From Candidatus Bathyarchaeia archaeon (GTDB lineage: Archaea > Thermoproteota > Bathyarchaeia > Bathyarchaeales > Bathycorpusculaceae), in the NCBI GenBank assembly GCA_049512935.1, contig JBEKWR010000005.1, forward strand, positions 32,001-96,000: a stretch of DNA of 64,000 nucleotides. Reading direction: 5' to 3'. This document shows positions 1-11,855 of this stretch, piece after piece. A program made the position numbers and the translations under genes. Each line of letters opens with the position of its first letter. Positions within the stretch are counted from its first letter, which is position 1. Below the pieces are notes generated by a model that was not told the origin of the DNA, did no database searches, and saw only the letters and a list, made by a program, of their open reading frames with translations.

Positions 1-516
1 GGTTGCCTGCCTGACAATTTGAGCGGCAAGCTCGTTGTGCGATAAGCCTGGACCGCTGAAGATGGGGAGCTTTTGACCTCGCACCAGGCTGTCTAAGCCG
101 TCAATCGCCGAAATGCCCGTTTGAATGAAGTCCCTTGGATACTCTCTGGAAGTGGGATTCAGGGGGAACCCGTTAACGTCACGTCGCTCTTCACTGAAAA
201 ACCGTGGGTGACCGTCGATGGGCTCGCCGAAACTGTTCATCACGCGCCCCAGCATCTCGGTTGACACTGGCACTTCCAGCGGTTTTCCTAAAAATCGAGT
301 GCGTGTTTCTGAAGGTGACAGGCCCGTTGTGCCCTCGAAGACTTGTACTGTTACGGCTTTCTGAGTGACTTGAATCACTTTGCCCAGTCGTATTTCGCCA
401 GTTTGAGCCCTCACCGCTACGAGTTCTTCGTAACCGACGCCCTGCACGTTTTCCACGACGATGATTGGCCCTGAAATTGAAGCGACGCCCTTATACTCTA
501 CTCCTAAACCTGCCAT
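1..516 (-). CDS. atpB: A/V-type ATP synthase subunit B (5' part; runs off the window)
   Basis: Manual translation from ATG at 516: MAGLGVEYKGVASISGPIIVVENVQGVGYEELVAV...FIQTGISAIDGLDSLVRGQKLPIFSGPGLSHNELAAQIVRQA; lies directly downstream of subunit A. Confidence 0.95.
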   Translation of the reverse strand, partial: MAGLGVEYKGVASISGPIIVVENVQGVGYEELVAVRAQTGEIRLGKVIQVTQKAVTVQVFEGTTGLSPSETRTRFLGKPLEVPVSTEMLGRVMNSFGEPIDGHPRFFSEERRDVNGFPLNPTSREYPRDFIQTGISAIDGLDSLVRGQKLPIFSGPGLSHNELAAQIVRQAT

Positions 517-521
517 ACGCT

Positions 522-2291
<1,770 letters not shown>

Positions 2292-2295
2292 TTTC

Positions 2296-2916
2296 TCAAT
2301 GTTCCTCCTTAAACATTATTTTTGCAAGTTCAACTCGCAACAGGGGCTTCAATTCAGCCAACTTGTTATCGATGGTGCTGTCGTAGGTTATTTTGCCATC
2401 CACGGTTTGCGTTTTGAAGCCGCCGATGAAGTCTCCTGTCTCGTCTAATATTTTTAATTCGCAATTTATCTTTTTGGATAAGCGGTTCAACTCGTCTTGG
2501 GTGAGCCACTCTTTGTCTTTAGCGTTAAGTTGTATGACAAGGCTTTTCTGTCCTAACTGTTTAGCAACTTCCCTTAGAAGCTTAAGCAAATAACGATGAT
2601 AACCCTCAGTTGCCACATACTCTTTGAGTCTAACAAGGGCTTTTTCGAAAGCAATATCAACCAGCTCCTCCTTCGCTTGAAGCAGAAAATTCCTCATTTC
2701 CACCTCAGTTATAGAAGCGATTCTTCGTTTCTCCGCTTCAGCCCTCGCCGCAGCCTGATTCAGTATGGTCTGGTAGTTTTTGTCTGCTTGCTGTTTAGCC
2801 TGTTTCAAAGCTTCTTTCGCGTCATTCTTAGCCGTTAAAACAATGGCTTCAGCTTCTTTTTGCACATCAGCTAAGACTTCGTTTGAAATCGCCGATAGAC
2901 CTTCTTTAACGCTCAC
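2296..2916 (-). CDS. atpE: A/V-type ATP synthase subunit E
   Basis: Coiled-coil N-terminus, C-terminal IGGF...DGKITYDST motif, operon context. Confidence 0.92.
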   Translation of the reverse strand: MSVKEGLSAISNEVLADVQKEAEAIVLTAKNDAKEALKQAKQQADKNYQTILNQAAARAEAEKRRIASITEVEMRNFLLQAKEELVDIAFEKALVRLKEYVATEGYHRYLLKLLREVAKQLGQKSLVIQLNAKDKEWLTQDELNRLSKKINCELKILDETGDFIGGFKTQTVDGKITYDSTIDNKLAELKPLLRVELAKIMFKEEH

Positions 2917-2933
2917 TTTTTAACCCTCCCTCT

Positions 2934-3242
2934 TTAAATCCGTACACCCAAGGTTTTGCTGATTAGGTCTGACATTCGGGTTTCGCTTGGTTTTCCTTTG
3001 CTTCCTGGGACCTCCACGATTAAAGGTTCTCTTCGTTCGCGACGTATCTTCTCGATTGTCTCATGCAGTTGCGGTTGAGTTGAAAACTCTTCGCTTATAA
3101 TAATAATTGCGAGATCATTGCGTGCAAGAGCCTTGTTCAGGGCTCGCCCTGCCTCGTCCACCGAAGTTGCTTCGACGCCTTCGACGCCGACAAGTCTGAA
3201 ACCCGTTATCATGTCGGCATCACCTATTATGTAGCCAAGCAT
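2934..3242 (-). CDS. atpF: A/V-type ATP synthase subunit F
   Basis: IIGDADMITGFRLVGV and PLIVEVP motifs, 102 aa. Confidence 0.95.
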   Translation of the reverse strand: MLGYIIGDADMITGFRLVGVEGVEATSVDEAGRALNKALARNDLAIIIISEEFSTQPQLHETIEKIRRERREPLIVEVPGSKGKPSETRMSDLISKTLGVRI

Positions 3243-3284
3243 GCAATCTCTTGATAAAGCTTAAATTACTAGTTAAATAACGTT

Positions 3285-5330
3285 ATGGCGCATATGTTGC
3301 GACCTGAACGGATGACCGAGACGTCGGTAATATGCGTCAAGCAAGACGTTGAATCTCTGCTGGAAGCGCTAAGCAGCTTCGGAGAATTCCACATCGAAGA
3401 ATCGGTTGAAAACGCAAATCCGCAACAGTATAATCAGGAAATCCAGAAAGCTGAAGAAGCGCTGACAAGCGCCAACGACCTGATCAAACAGCTTTGCCAA
3501 GAAAAAGCAGGCGCGTTTGACCTTTTCAAAGCGGAGGAGCCCGCAAAAACCCAGGTTACGGCGGAGAATTGGCAAGCCCTCGCTGGGTCCACTTCTCAAC
3601 AAGTCTCTGTGTTGAAGAAGCAAGTTGACGAATTAAACAATTCTATGTCTAGCCTTCAAGAAAAAACCGCGCAGCTAAACAACATCAAACGAATGCTTGC
3701 CATAATTGACGAGAAGCATGCGGATCTTGAGGCTATACAGAACCTGGAATTAATCCATGTTACAGCGGCGACCGTGCCAAACAAAAACTTCGAGGCGTTA
3801 AAGGCCGAACTTGCAAAGTTCCCGCTTATCTTGAGCCCCGCTTTCCTAACGAAGGATACCAGTTTCGTAAGCATCGCCGTCCCAGGCAAGCAAAGCGCCG
3901 AAGTAGAAAAAATCGTCAAGGCGCACCATGCCGAAATCTTTTCAATCCCCAAAGACATGCCTCACAACGCTAAGGACGCGCTCAAGGAAGTCAAAGACCG
4001 CTTGAAAGACAGCGCGGACAAGGAAAAAGCAATTTCAGAGTCATTAAGCAAGTTAGGCAAAGAAAACAAAACCAGCCTTTCAACTTGGAAAGAAAACGCT
4101 GAAAACATTCTGGCGCTGCTTAACGCGGAAAAGAAGATGCTTCAGTCAGGAAGGCTCGTGACCATCAAGGGATTCGCGCCTAAGAAAAACATGGTTGCTC
4201 TCAAGGAAAAAGTCCATTCCCTCCTTGGAGAAAAAGCGATAGTGCTGCAAGAAGACCCTGCTAAAGTGGAAGACATCCCCACGAAGATCAGCAACAACAG
4301 GTTCGTAAAGCCGTTCGAAGTAATCACGAAGCTTTACGGTTTGCCAAATTACGGCGAAGTAGACCCAACACCCTACATGGCTATTTCGTTCCCGATTCTT
4401 TTCGGTTTAATGTTCGGAGACATGGGCCACGGCTTAATCCTGCTGGTAGGCGGCTTCACCGTCGGGATGCTTGTGAAGAAGAACCAAGGAATAAAGGACA
4501 TGGCGTACATCTTGGCAATGTGCGGTTTTGCCGCAACCATTGCAGGCGCCCTGTTCGGCGAATGCTTCGGCAAGGAACTTTTTCCCCCGTTATGGTTCAG
4601 ACCATTTGCTGTTACCAACGTCTTTAGCTTCCTTGTCTTCGCCCTGATTATTGGCGTGATACAGATAGTCAGCGGCTTAACTCTGGAAATGGTGAACTTT
4701 GTCCTTAAACACGACCTCGTTGACGCCGTTTTGACGTCGATCCCTAAAATGGCATTCTACCTCGGCGGGGTTTACATAGTCTTAGTTTACAAGTTAAACT
4801 TTGGAGCGTGGTTTTCGGGTCCCGTGCTGCTTTTGATTGTTCCGTTTATTTTCGTGGTTTTCGCGAAGCCTGCTTACACTGCTGCTAGGAAAATGTCAAT
4901 GCACACGGCAGTTGCGCTTTCTGAGGACACGGGAATTGAACTTCCTTCGGAAAAGCCAGAGCCTTTAGGTCAGAGGATTTTCGAGAGCGGAGACATGGTG
5001 ACACGTTTACTCAGCAACAGCATCTCCTATGCTCGAATTCTCGCCCTGCTTATGGCTCACTGGGCACTGCTCCTTGTCACTTACACGGTTGCAGCCCTGA
5101 TAGGCGGACCCACAGGTTTCGGCTTGATCATCAGCGGCATAATCATCATCGGCGGAAACATGTTCGTCATCGCTTTCGAAGGATTAATCGTTTTCATCCA
5201 CGCCTTAAGATTACACTTCTACGAATGGTTCAGCAAGTTCTACGCGGGAAACGGCAAAGAATTCCAGCCGTTCAAACAAAACTTTGTCTACACCAACGTA
5301 GAGCTGAACGGAAAAGGGAAAGAAGCCTAA
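3285..5330 (+). CDS. atpI: A/V-type ATP synthase subunit I (a)
   Basis: YGLPNYGEVDPTP, FGLMFGDMGHG, SYARILAL, HALRLHFYEWFSKFY motifs. Confidence 0.97.
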   Translation: MAHMLRPERMTETSVICVKQDVESLLEALSSFGEFHIEESVENANPQQYNQEIQKAEEALTSANDLIKQLCQEKAGAFDLFKAEEPAKTQVTAENWQALAGSTSQQVSVLKKQVDELNNSMSSLQEKTAQLNNIKRMLAIIDEKHADLEAIQNLELIHVTAATVPNKNFEALKAELAKFPLILSPAFLTKDTSFVSIAVPGKQSAEVEKIVKAHHAEIFSIPKDMPHNAKDALKEVKDRLKDSADKEKAISESLSKLGKENKTSLSTWKENAENILALLNAEKKMLQSGRLVTIKGFAPKKNMVALKEKVHSLLGEKAIVLQEDPAKVEDIPTKISNNRFVKPFEVITKLYGLPNYGEVDPTPYMAISFPILFGLMFGDMGHGLILLVGGFTVGMLVKKNQGIKDMAYILAMCGFAATIAGALFGECFGKELFPPLWFRPFAVTNVFSFLVFALIIGVIQIVSGLTLEMVNFVLKHDLVDAVLTSIPKMAFYLGGVYIVLVYKLNFGAWFSGPVLLLIVPFIFVVFAKPAYTAARKMSMHTAVALSEDTGIELPSEKPEPLGQRIFESGDMVTRLLSNSISYARILALLMAHWALLLVTYTVAALIGGPTGFGLIISGIIIIGGNMFVIAFEGLIVFIHALRLHFYEWFSKFYAGNGKEFQPFKQNFVYTNVELNGKGKEA

Positions 5331-6379
5331 AGCAGCGTTTGACTCAAAATGTAATCCATGCTGACGGCGCCTTCGACGCCCGCGCTTGCCGCCATCAGGT
5401 TGCGCACTTCCGCCTCCTTGATCATCATGAAAGCGAGCGGCGCGCCAACATTGAAGATTTCTCCGACAGTGGCTGCCTTAGCGTGTTGAAACACGAATTT
5501 CTTGAAGGCTTTTTCAGCGGCTGCCAACGTTTCCTCTGGGCTTGGAGCTTTAGCAAATAACTTTCCGTAGAAGGTTTCAGAAGCGACTTTTAGCGTTGAT
5601 TCGAAGTCAGCTGACATAAGCAGCGCATCAACAGTTTCTGAAGTGAGCTTAAAGTTTTTAGGAGGCACCGCCGCTCTCAGCCAGCTGGCGTCGTAATTCA
5701 GGGCTTTTCCCCTAAGGATAGTGAGAAGCGTGAAGCTGTCGTTCTCTGTCGCCGCGTAAAAGAGCACGTGGTTCCTCTGATTCCTAGGCAACTCTTCATA
5801 GGCGTCGTGTAAACTGTCATAGAACACCTTGTCCAGCAGAATGTCAAGCGCCGAAGTCGACCCGTTCTCTTCATAAGCCTGCATCCCCTTGCTGAGGGCG
5901 CCCGTGTACAGCGAGCTTTTGATGGAATTCTGCATCTGCTTCAAAGTTGAAGCCTTAGCCGCTTCCTCCAGCATGACGCGTTTCCCAAGAAAATCTTCAG
6001 CGGAAAAGTAGATTCTGCCGAGTTTCTCCTCAGCGCTCATTTCCCCGTTGATTGCCTTGATGAGGGTCTTAATGTTTTCCACTTCAAACCGCAAGATGTA
6101 AACGGAAAGGAAGTCTGCCGCCTTCTTCGGCGAGTTCTTAATCATCTTCACGTAGGATTCGATGAGGTTCTCGTTGAATGCCCGCTCCAGCTTTCGACTG
6201 TTAAGCGGCAACGGAACCTTTGATATTTGCGTTTGATAGGTGGTGTCTCTGAGCTGAGCCGCGAACGCAGGCACATTTTTGCTTTCGATTAGAGATTTAA
6301 TCTTTGCTTCGCTGAGAAGCTTGCTTTTTTCAGCCCCAATCTTCGCGAAAACAGCCGCGTACTGTGTTGTCTGACTCAA
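5327..6379 (-). CDS. atpC: A/V-type ATP synthase subunit C (d)
   Basis: 350 aa; FEVENIKTLIK, LDKVFY, KEAEVRNL motifs; ATPase context. Confidence 0.9.
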   Translation of the reverse strand: MSQTTQYAAVFAKIGAEKSKLLSEAKIKSLIESKNVPAFAAQLRDTTYQTQISKVPLPLNSRKLERAFNENLIESYVKMIKNSPKKAADFLSVYILRFEVENIKTLIKAINGEMSAEEKLGRIYFSAEDFLGKRVMLEEAAKASTLKQMQNSIKSSLYTGALSKGMQAYEENGSTSALDILLDKVFYDSLHDAYEELPRNQRNHVLFYAATENDSFTLLTILRGKALNYDASWLRAAVPPKNFKLTSETVDALLMSADFESTLKVASETFYGKLFAKAPSPEETLAAAEKAFKKFVFQHAKAATVGEIFNVGAPLAFMMIKEAEVRNLMAASAGVEGAVSMDYILSQTLL

Positions 6380-6696
6380 GGTTTAGCTTCCTTAAGCACT
6401 GAGTTCACAACTTTAGCAATCGCGGGCTCCATGTACTTTCCAGCGTGCACTTTCAGTTTCTCAGTGGCTGCCTCGTTAGCTTTCAGTTGTTCATCGCGCT
6501 TGCGGTTGGCTTCCTCAACCGTACTCGCGAACAGCTGCTGCCCCTCTTCTTCGGCGTAAGCTTGACTGTTGACAACCAGTTTCTCGCTGTTCTGCTGAGC
6601 TTGAGCCGTCATGCTCTGGGCTTTCTGTTGAGCGTCGCTTCGGATCTTTTCTGCCTCGGCTTCGATTTTTTTAAGTTCTTCCCACACTTTCTCCAT
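6376..6696 (-). CDS. A/V-type ATP synthase subunit H/G (peripheral stalk)
   Basis: Coiled coil starting MEKVWEELKKIEAEAEKI (ATG 6696); 4-nt overlap with subunit C. Confidence 0.8.
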   Translation of the reverse strand: MEKVWEELKKIEAEAEKIRSDAQQKAQSMTAQAQQNSEKLVVNSQAYAEEEGQQLFASTVEEANRKRDEQLKANEAATEKLKVHAGKYMEPAIAKVVNSVLKEAKP

Positions 6697-6879
6697 TATT
6701 CCACAAGCTACCAAGTGCTGTATCTCTTGAAAAGCCTTTTGCTTCTTTTGGAAAAAACCTGTCCATTCATTAACCCGCTTGACGCTCAGCCAATCATCTT
6801 GGGCTTGCTCCGCGCAAATTCGTGACTAGGTTTGGCTGTTCCTTAGTCAACAAATACTATTCTGCAGTATACTCTTGCG

Positions 6880-7824
6880 GTGAAAAACAAGATGAGTCAA
6901 CTATCTAACCCCTTAGAAGTCCTCAAATCGCTCTCAGAAGCAACAAGCATGCTGATCGGCAAAGTTTCGAAGTCCGTGGTCAGCGTTAAAGCGCAGATGT
7001 CACACGGCACAGGCGTCGTCTTAACCAAAGACGGGTACATCGTCACATGCAACCACGTGCTCGGAGGCTGCAGCGCAGTCAAAATCGGTCAAGGAGAAAA
7101 AACCTTCAACGCCAAAATCGTCGGCGCAGACCCCTACAACGACATAGCCCTGCTCAAGGCGGAGACTGGCGCGTTCACACCCATCGAGGTGGGCGATTCA
7201 GAAAAACTCAGCGTAGGCCAATACGTTCTGGCTCTCGCCAACCCGTTTAACAGGAAACAGCCGACCGCCACAAGCGGAATGGTCACAAACGTAAACAGCA
7301 CAATCAGGGGCTGGCGCGGAATGACCCAGATGGAAAACGTCATCGCCACCGACGCACAGCTGAACCCAGGCTTCAGCGGCGGACCACTCGTAGACGCCGA
7401 AGGCAGAATCATCGGCATAAACACGGCTTACGTCTGGCAAAGAGGCATCGCCATCCCAATCAACAAAGTCAAAGCGGTCACCGACAGGTTGATGACTGGA
7501 CGCATAACGCAGAGAGGCTACTTAGGCATAATCGCAAACACCGTCGCCATCCCAGAGGAAATCGCGGAGCAAGCAGGCTTAGAACAGGAGACAGGCGTGA
7601 TGATCTTCAGCGTCGAGGCAGGCTCACCCGCGCGCAAAGCAGGCTTAGCCATGGGCGACGTACTCGTTAAATTCAACGGCAAACCAGTCACCGACTTCTA
7701 CGACCTGCCAAGGCTGCTCGCGGAAGACGTCATAGGCAAAGAAACCAAGCTGACCGTCATCAGACGCGAAACCCTGCTGGAAGCAACCGTAGTGCCAACC
7801 GTTCACGGAGGCGAAGAAGACTGA
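6880..7824 (+). CDS. HtrA/DegP-like trypsin serine protease with PDZ domain, no signal peptide
   Basis: TCNHV, DIALLK, LNPGFSGGPL triad; PDZ motif GSPARKAGL..GDV. Confidence 0.93.
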   Translation: MKNKMSQLSNPLEVLKSLSEATSMLIGKVSKSVVSVKAQMSHGTGVVLTKDGYIVTCNHVLGGCSAVKIGQGEKTFNAKIVGADPYNDIALLKAETGAFTPIEVGDSEKLSVGQYVLALANPFNRKQPTATSGMVTNVNSTIRGWRGMTQMENVIATDAQLNPGFSGGPLVDAEGRIIGINTAYVWQRGIAIPINKVKAVTDRLMTGRITQRGYLGIIANTVAIPEEIAEQAGLEQETGVMIFSVEAGSPARKAGLAMGDVLVKFNGKPVTDFYDLPRLLAEDVIGKETKLTVIRRETLLEATVVPTVHGGEED

Positions 7825-8015
7825 TAGAACACATCCCGCTGGAGATTGAACCGCCACAGCCAATGCCGTCGCCGCCGCTCAGAAGAAGACCCTCCCCAAC
7901 GCCACAAATCAGCACGGCAAACCCAGCTGCTTCAACCCCTTCTTTCCTGCCCATTTTTGACTAGGCGGAAAGAAGCAAATTTTTTTCTTATTTTCTGCAG
8001 TCAACTTACGCATAT

Positions 8016-9326
8016 TCATCCTTGGTGAGAAGGTCTTTGATCCTTATTTTGTGTCACTTTGAACGTGCGCAGATCCTTCAGAAATAGTGAAGCCAACCCT
8101 GTCAGCAGGAGCCCTATTCCGGCGACCTCGAAGTCTGGAATGATTCCGTAGAATTGGATGATGAGCCCTCCTGCAATCTGGGCAAGCGGGATGGCGGCGA
8201 AGCTTCCTACCTCGTCAGCACTTATCACTCTACCGAGGACGTGCCCCGGTACGACGGTCTGGATTATGGAGAAATACAGCACTATGCTAAGTCCGAGCGC
8301 AAGACCAGCCGCGAAGAGCATCGAGACGGCGAATGCCACGTTGTGAAGTAAGATCATGCCGAGCGTTCCCAGCCCGAAGCCTACGTTGCAGGCTATCAGG
8401 ACCTTACCCGCATGGTTGAAGGCGTTCAACCTTCCCATGACCAACGCGCCGACCGCGCTTCCAAGGGAGAAGGAGGCGAGCAGGATGCCGTAGATGAGCC
8501 CCGAGGACGTGAGCAGGAACTTCGCCTCGTACACGACGAGGAAGTTTGTCCCCATAGTGAAGAAGAAGTTGATGACGGAGGCGGTGACCGTCATCTCCAA
8601 AATGGCTTTTTTGCCTAACATGAACCTGACGCCCTCGCGCACGTCACTTAGCAGCGAGGTTTTCTTGGCAGCGGCAGTCTTCTCGCTCTGGGCTTGAACG
8701 CCAGCCTGCGCCTTGACGGTCGCTGATGAGGGAACTAGGATGAGGAAGATCATCGTGGCAGAAATCAAGTAGGTTGCCGTGTTGTAGAAAAGGCTCATGG
8801 ACGCTCCGATAAGCTCTATCATCACTCCTCCTATTCCAAGGGAGGCCGAGTTCGCGAGCGACTCTGCGGCGGTCATGAGACCGTTCGCTCTCGGGATTAG
8901 GTCGCTCTGGACAAGCAGCGGCATGATGGCCCTCGCGGCGGGCCTGAAAAGTGTGGAGAACAGCGAGATAGCCAAGACAACCGCTAAAATTACGGCGAGG
9001 TTGAACCCCTCAAAGAACATGTAGACGGGTATTATCACCACTGCAGCTGAACGGGCGAGGTCGCAGGCGATCATCATGCGTCGCTTGTTGGACCTGTCGA
9101 CCAAGGCGCCCGCGAAGAGCCCGATAATGATCGTGGGAACGAACGAGGCTATGCCGACGTAGGCGACAGCCAGGGCCGAATGTGTCGATATGTAGACCAG
9201 GTAGCTGATCGCGGACGAGAATATCGCGGCTCCCGACGTGGAAACTATATCCCCGACGAACAAGGGGAGAAACCCACGTGCTTGGCGAAGCAATTGGATG
9301 AATGGCGATCGCGGCTTCTCGGACAT
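8016..9326 (-). CDS. MFS transporter (MefA/DHA3-like)
   Basis: About 12 hydrophobic segments; GALVDRSNKRRMMIACD motif A. Confidence 0.92.
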   Translation of the reverse strand: MSEKPRSPFIQLLRQARGFLPLFVGDIVSTSGAAIFSSAISYLVYISTHSALAVAYVGIASFVPTIIIGLFAGALVDRSNKRRMMIACDLARSAAVVIIPVYMFFEGFNLAVILAVVLAISLFSTLFRPAARAIMPLLVQSDLIPRANGLMTAAESLANSASLGIGGVMIELIGASMSLFYNTATYLISATMIFLILVPSSATVKAQAGVQAQSEKTAAAKKTSLLSDVREGVRFMLGKKAILEMTVTASVINFFFTMGTNFLVVYEAKFLLTSSGLIYGILLASFSLGSAVGALVMGRLNAFNHAGKVLIACNVGFGLGTLGMILLHNVAFAVSMLFAAGLALGLSIVLYFSIIQTVVPGHVLGRVISADEVGSFAAIPLAQIAGGLIIQFYGIIPDFEVAGIGLLLTGLASLFLKDLRTFKVTQNKDQRPSHQG

Positions 9327-9475
9327 AGAGGACCAACTCTTTTTTTATCAATATTGTCGGGAAGCTATAAAAAGCCAAGATAATTTTTGAGCGCTCACCT
9401 TTTTCAAACATGGTAAATTTGGGTATATTCTGGGGAAAATTTAAGTGAAAGCTAAACGTCATCTAAAGAAAACTA

Positions 9476-10558
9476 TTGGTGAATAATTTGTATTGTCCCA
9501 ATTGTGGCACTCAGCTGCCAGATGAAACGAAATTCTGCACTAAATGCGGAAAAAGCACAACGGTAAACGCTTCCAACCCGGCTAAGACGGCTTCTTCCGG
9601 GCCAGTCGTTGCGCCGTCAGGGGCGACGTCGCTGAAGTGTCCCAGCTGCGGGGCGCCGATCGCGCCCAAGTTCGGCGAGATGGTTATAACGTGCCAGTAC
9701 TGTGGCAGCGGAGTCACCCTTAGCGACCAAGGCTGGACCAACATACAGAAGCAGACGATGCTCACGTTGAAGGTTGCCACGGTTGAGCAGGCAACCGCGA
9801 TAATCAAGCCGCTGGTGAACAACGGCATCCTGCACAGGCACCGCCTTGAAGACTCCAAGCAGGAGGAGCTGAGCCTCACCTACGTGCCCTACTGGATCGT
9901 AAGCGTTTCCGCACGCACAAGCATCACCGTTGCAAACCAAGCCGCCCAACTTGCCCAAACCGCAACGGCAGCCGCGTTGGCAGGCGTAATCTTCGGCGGA
10001 ATGGGGGGAGGCTTCGGCGGCGGGGGAGGAAGACGAGGCGGCAGAGGAGGCAGACGTGCTTTTGAAGGTCAATTGGCAATGGACAACCCGTTTGCGGGAA
10101 TTCTGGGTTTGAAGCGGCTTAGGATAATGGCGTTCGGGATGGGGATGGGGCGCGGAGGCGGGAACAAGAAAGCCGAGCAGATGGATGAAAACTACAATTT
10201 CCCAGTTATCGCCCTCAAGGCGCTCACGGATTATCAGCCGCACGACTACCAATTCAACCTTGAAGGCAGAGAACTCTTCGACATTGGAAAGCTTCCTAAA
10301 GAATTTAAGATCCTTAACGGCGACATAAGCGAAGAAGGCGCCAAAACCCAAGCCAAAACCCTGGTTGATCAGCTTCAGTCGCAGAAGGCTCACGCGAAAT
10401 ATCAGTCGATCCAGTCGATAAATACGGATCTTGACGTCGGCGACGTGGAGCTGCTTCACGTTCCAGTGTGGTTCGCAAGGTTCGACAATAAAGGCAAAAA
10501 AATGGTGCTGGTCATCGACGCCAACTCGGGCAAGGTAATCAACAGCAGCGGCCTATAG
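9476..10558 (+). CDS. Double zinc-ribbon protein with Gly-rich central region
   Basis: CPNCG..CTKCG and CPSCG..CQYCG; YVPYW and VPVW..VIDANSG motifs. Confidence 0.8.
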   Translation: MVNNLYCPNCGTQLPDETKFCTKCGKSTTVNASNPAKTASSGPVVAPSGATSLKCPSCGAPIAPKFGEMVITCQYCGSGVTLSDQGWTNIQKQTMLTLKVATVEQATAIIKPLVNNGILHRHRLEDSKQEELSLTYVPYWIVSVSARTSITVANQAAQLAQTATAAALAGVIFGGMGGGFGGGGGRRGGRGGRRAFEGQLAMDNPFAGILGLKRLRIMAFGMGMGRGGGNKKAEQMDENYNFPVIALKALTDYQPHDYQFNLEGRELFDIGKLPKEFKILNGDISEEGAKTQAKTLVDQLQSQKAHAKYQSIQSINTDLDVGDVELLHVPVWFARFDNKGKKMVLVIDANSGKVINSSGL

Positions 10559-10610
10559 ACGACGCCTGCCGCATCCACTTGTTATCCCCGAATTTCTAAA
10601 AGTGTTTTTC

Positions 10611-10661
10611 AGTACATTGTAATGTACTAATAATTGAATTATCAGTACATTGGGATGTACA
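10611..10661. repeat. Two related palindromic sites 33 bp apart
   Basis: AGTACATT-GT-AATGTACT (10611-10628) and AGTACAT-TGGG-ATGTACA (10644-10661). Confidence 0.7.
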
Positions 10662-10717
10662 CAAATGATAAATTCAAGAAAAATAGGGAAATGAAGTCCC
10701 GTCCAGAAGGCTATTCA

Positions 10718-11158
10718 CTATTGCGCGCTGTCTTCTTGTGGCGGCTTTGCTTCCATCGATGGATCTTTTGTTTCGTCGCTTTTGCCCTGAGCCGCTTTGA
10801 CCTCCGCCAGGAGCCTTTCCAGTTCATCTAAGTCTTCGTCGATCTGCCGCTCGTCATACCGTTTTGATAGATTGCCCATGACCATTCCAATGTTCGCCGC
10901 CACCTGCGCCCACATCTGCCGCTCCTTAGGAGTAATAGGCTGCACCTTGTCGCCGAACTGTTGCTGCGTAACCTTGCCCTTCGCGATCGAAGTAGCCATG
11001 CTGAATAACTCATCAAGCTCGCCAATCCAGCGGTTCCTCAAATCCTGCGTGTCAACCTTCACGTCCCGCTGAAGATGACAAATACGCCTATAGACCTGAA
11101 CAGAAAAACCCGATTTACGCCTCATATACACTCTCACCTCCCGAAATTTTTGTTCCAT
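10718..11158 (-). CDS. Hypothetical helical protein (possibly of mobile-element origin)
   Basis: 146-aa ORF with plausible helical composition; no family recognised. Confidence 0.6.
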   Translation of the reverse strand: MEQKFREVRVYMRRKSGFSVQVYRRICHLQRDVKVDTQDLRNRWIGELDELFSMATSIAKGKVTQQQFGDKVQPITPKERQMWAQVAANIGMVMGNLSKRYDERQIDEDLDELERLLAEVKAAQGKSDETKDPSMEAKPPQEDSAQ

Positions 11159-11574
11159 TTTGAAAAGTTGTTAATTCGAAAATAGCCTAGAAAATGCAGA
11201 AAAACCAAGCGAAAAGAAGCCCACAAATTTCTAATCTGTTTCACGCAAAACGTCAGCTAAGCGCCACTCAAAGGCGGCAAAAGAAAACAGGCGCCATCCA
11301 AAGCGCGCACCCGCAAGTTTTCTATTGATTTCAATTGAAGCAGGAACTTAAAAGCGTTACGAAATTCCCGAAATCGGTTCTGGTGCTTCCTGTAAAAATC
11401 TTCTCCATGTAAACTTTCGGTTAGGGTGTTAAGAATCAAGTGATATTTCTGTTGTCTCAAAAAGGACTGTTAACCTTAAGGCGATAGAATGACCGCTTGT
11501 TGTATCCTTCTGTTGCCCACAAACCTTTATACTAACAAAACTCGACTAGCAATTGAGCGTTAGCTTCTCGGACG

Positions 11575-11772
11575 GTGTCTTTTTCTTTGACTAAATGTCC
11601 CCATTGCGGAGAAAAAACTTCAAAACCTAACAAATCATTCGAAAACGAAGATTTCCAAATTCACGCCTATACATGTAAAGTATGCGGAGCAAGTTTCAAA
11701 GAAACAAGAGACGGTTTTGGTTCTGAAATCATATCGAGTGACCCACAAAAAGAAACTATGCTTTCTTGCTAG
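11575..11772 (+). CDS. Small zinc-finger protein
   Basis: CPHCG...CKVCG; TATA-like TTTATA about 50 nt upstream. Confidence 0.6.
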   Translation: MSFSLTKCPHCGEKTSKPNKSFENEDFQIHAYTCKVCGASFKETRDGFGSEIISSDPQKETMLSC

Positions 11773-11855
11773 CCATTCTGTATCAAGGTTAGCCACTTGT
11801 TTTTTCCCTCAATTTTGTGTCTTCACCCAAGTTCAAGTTGTAAGCGACCGTAAGT

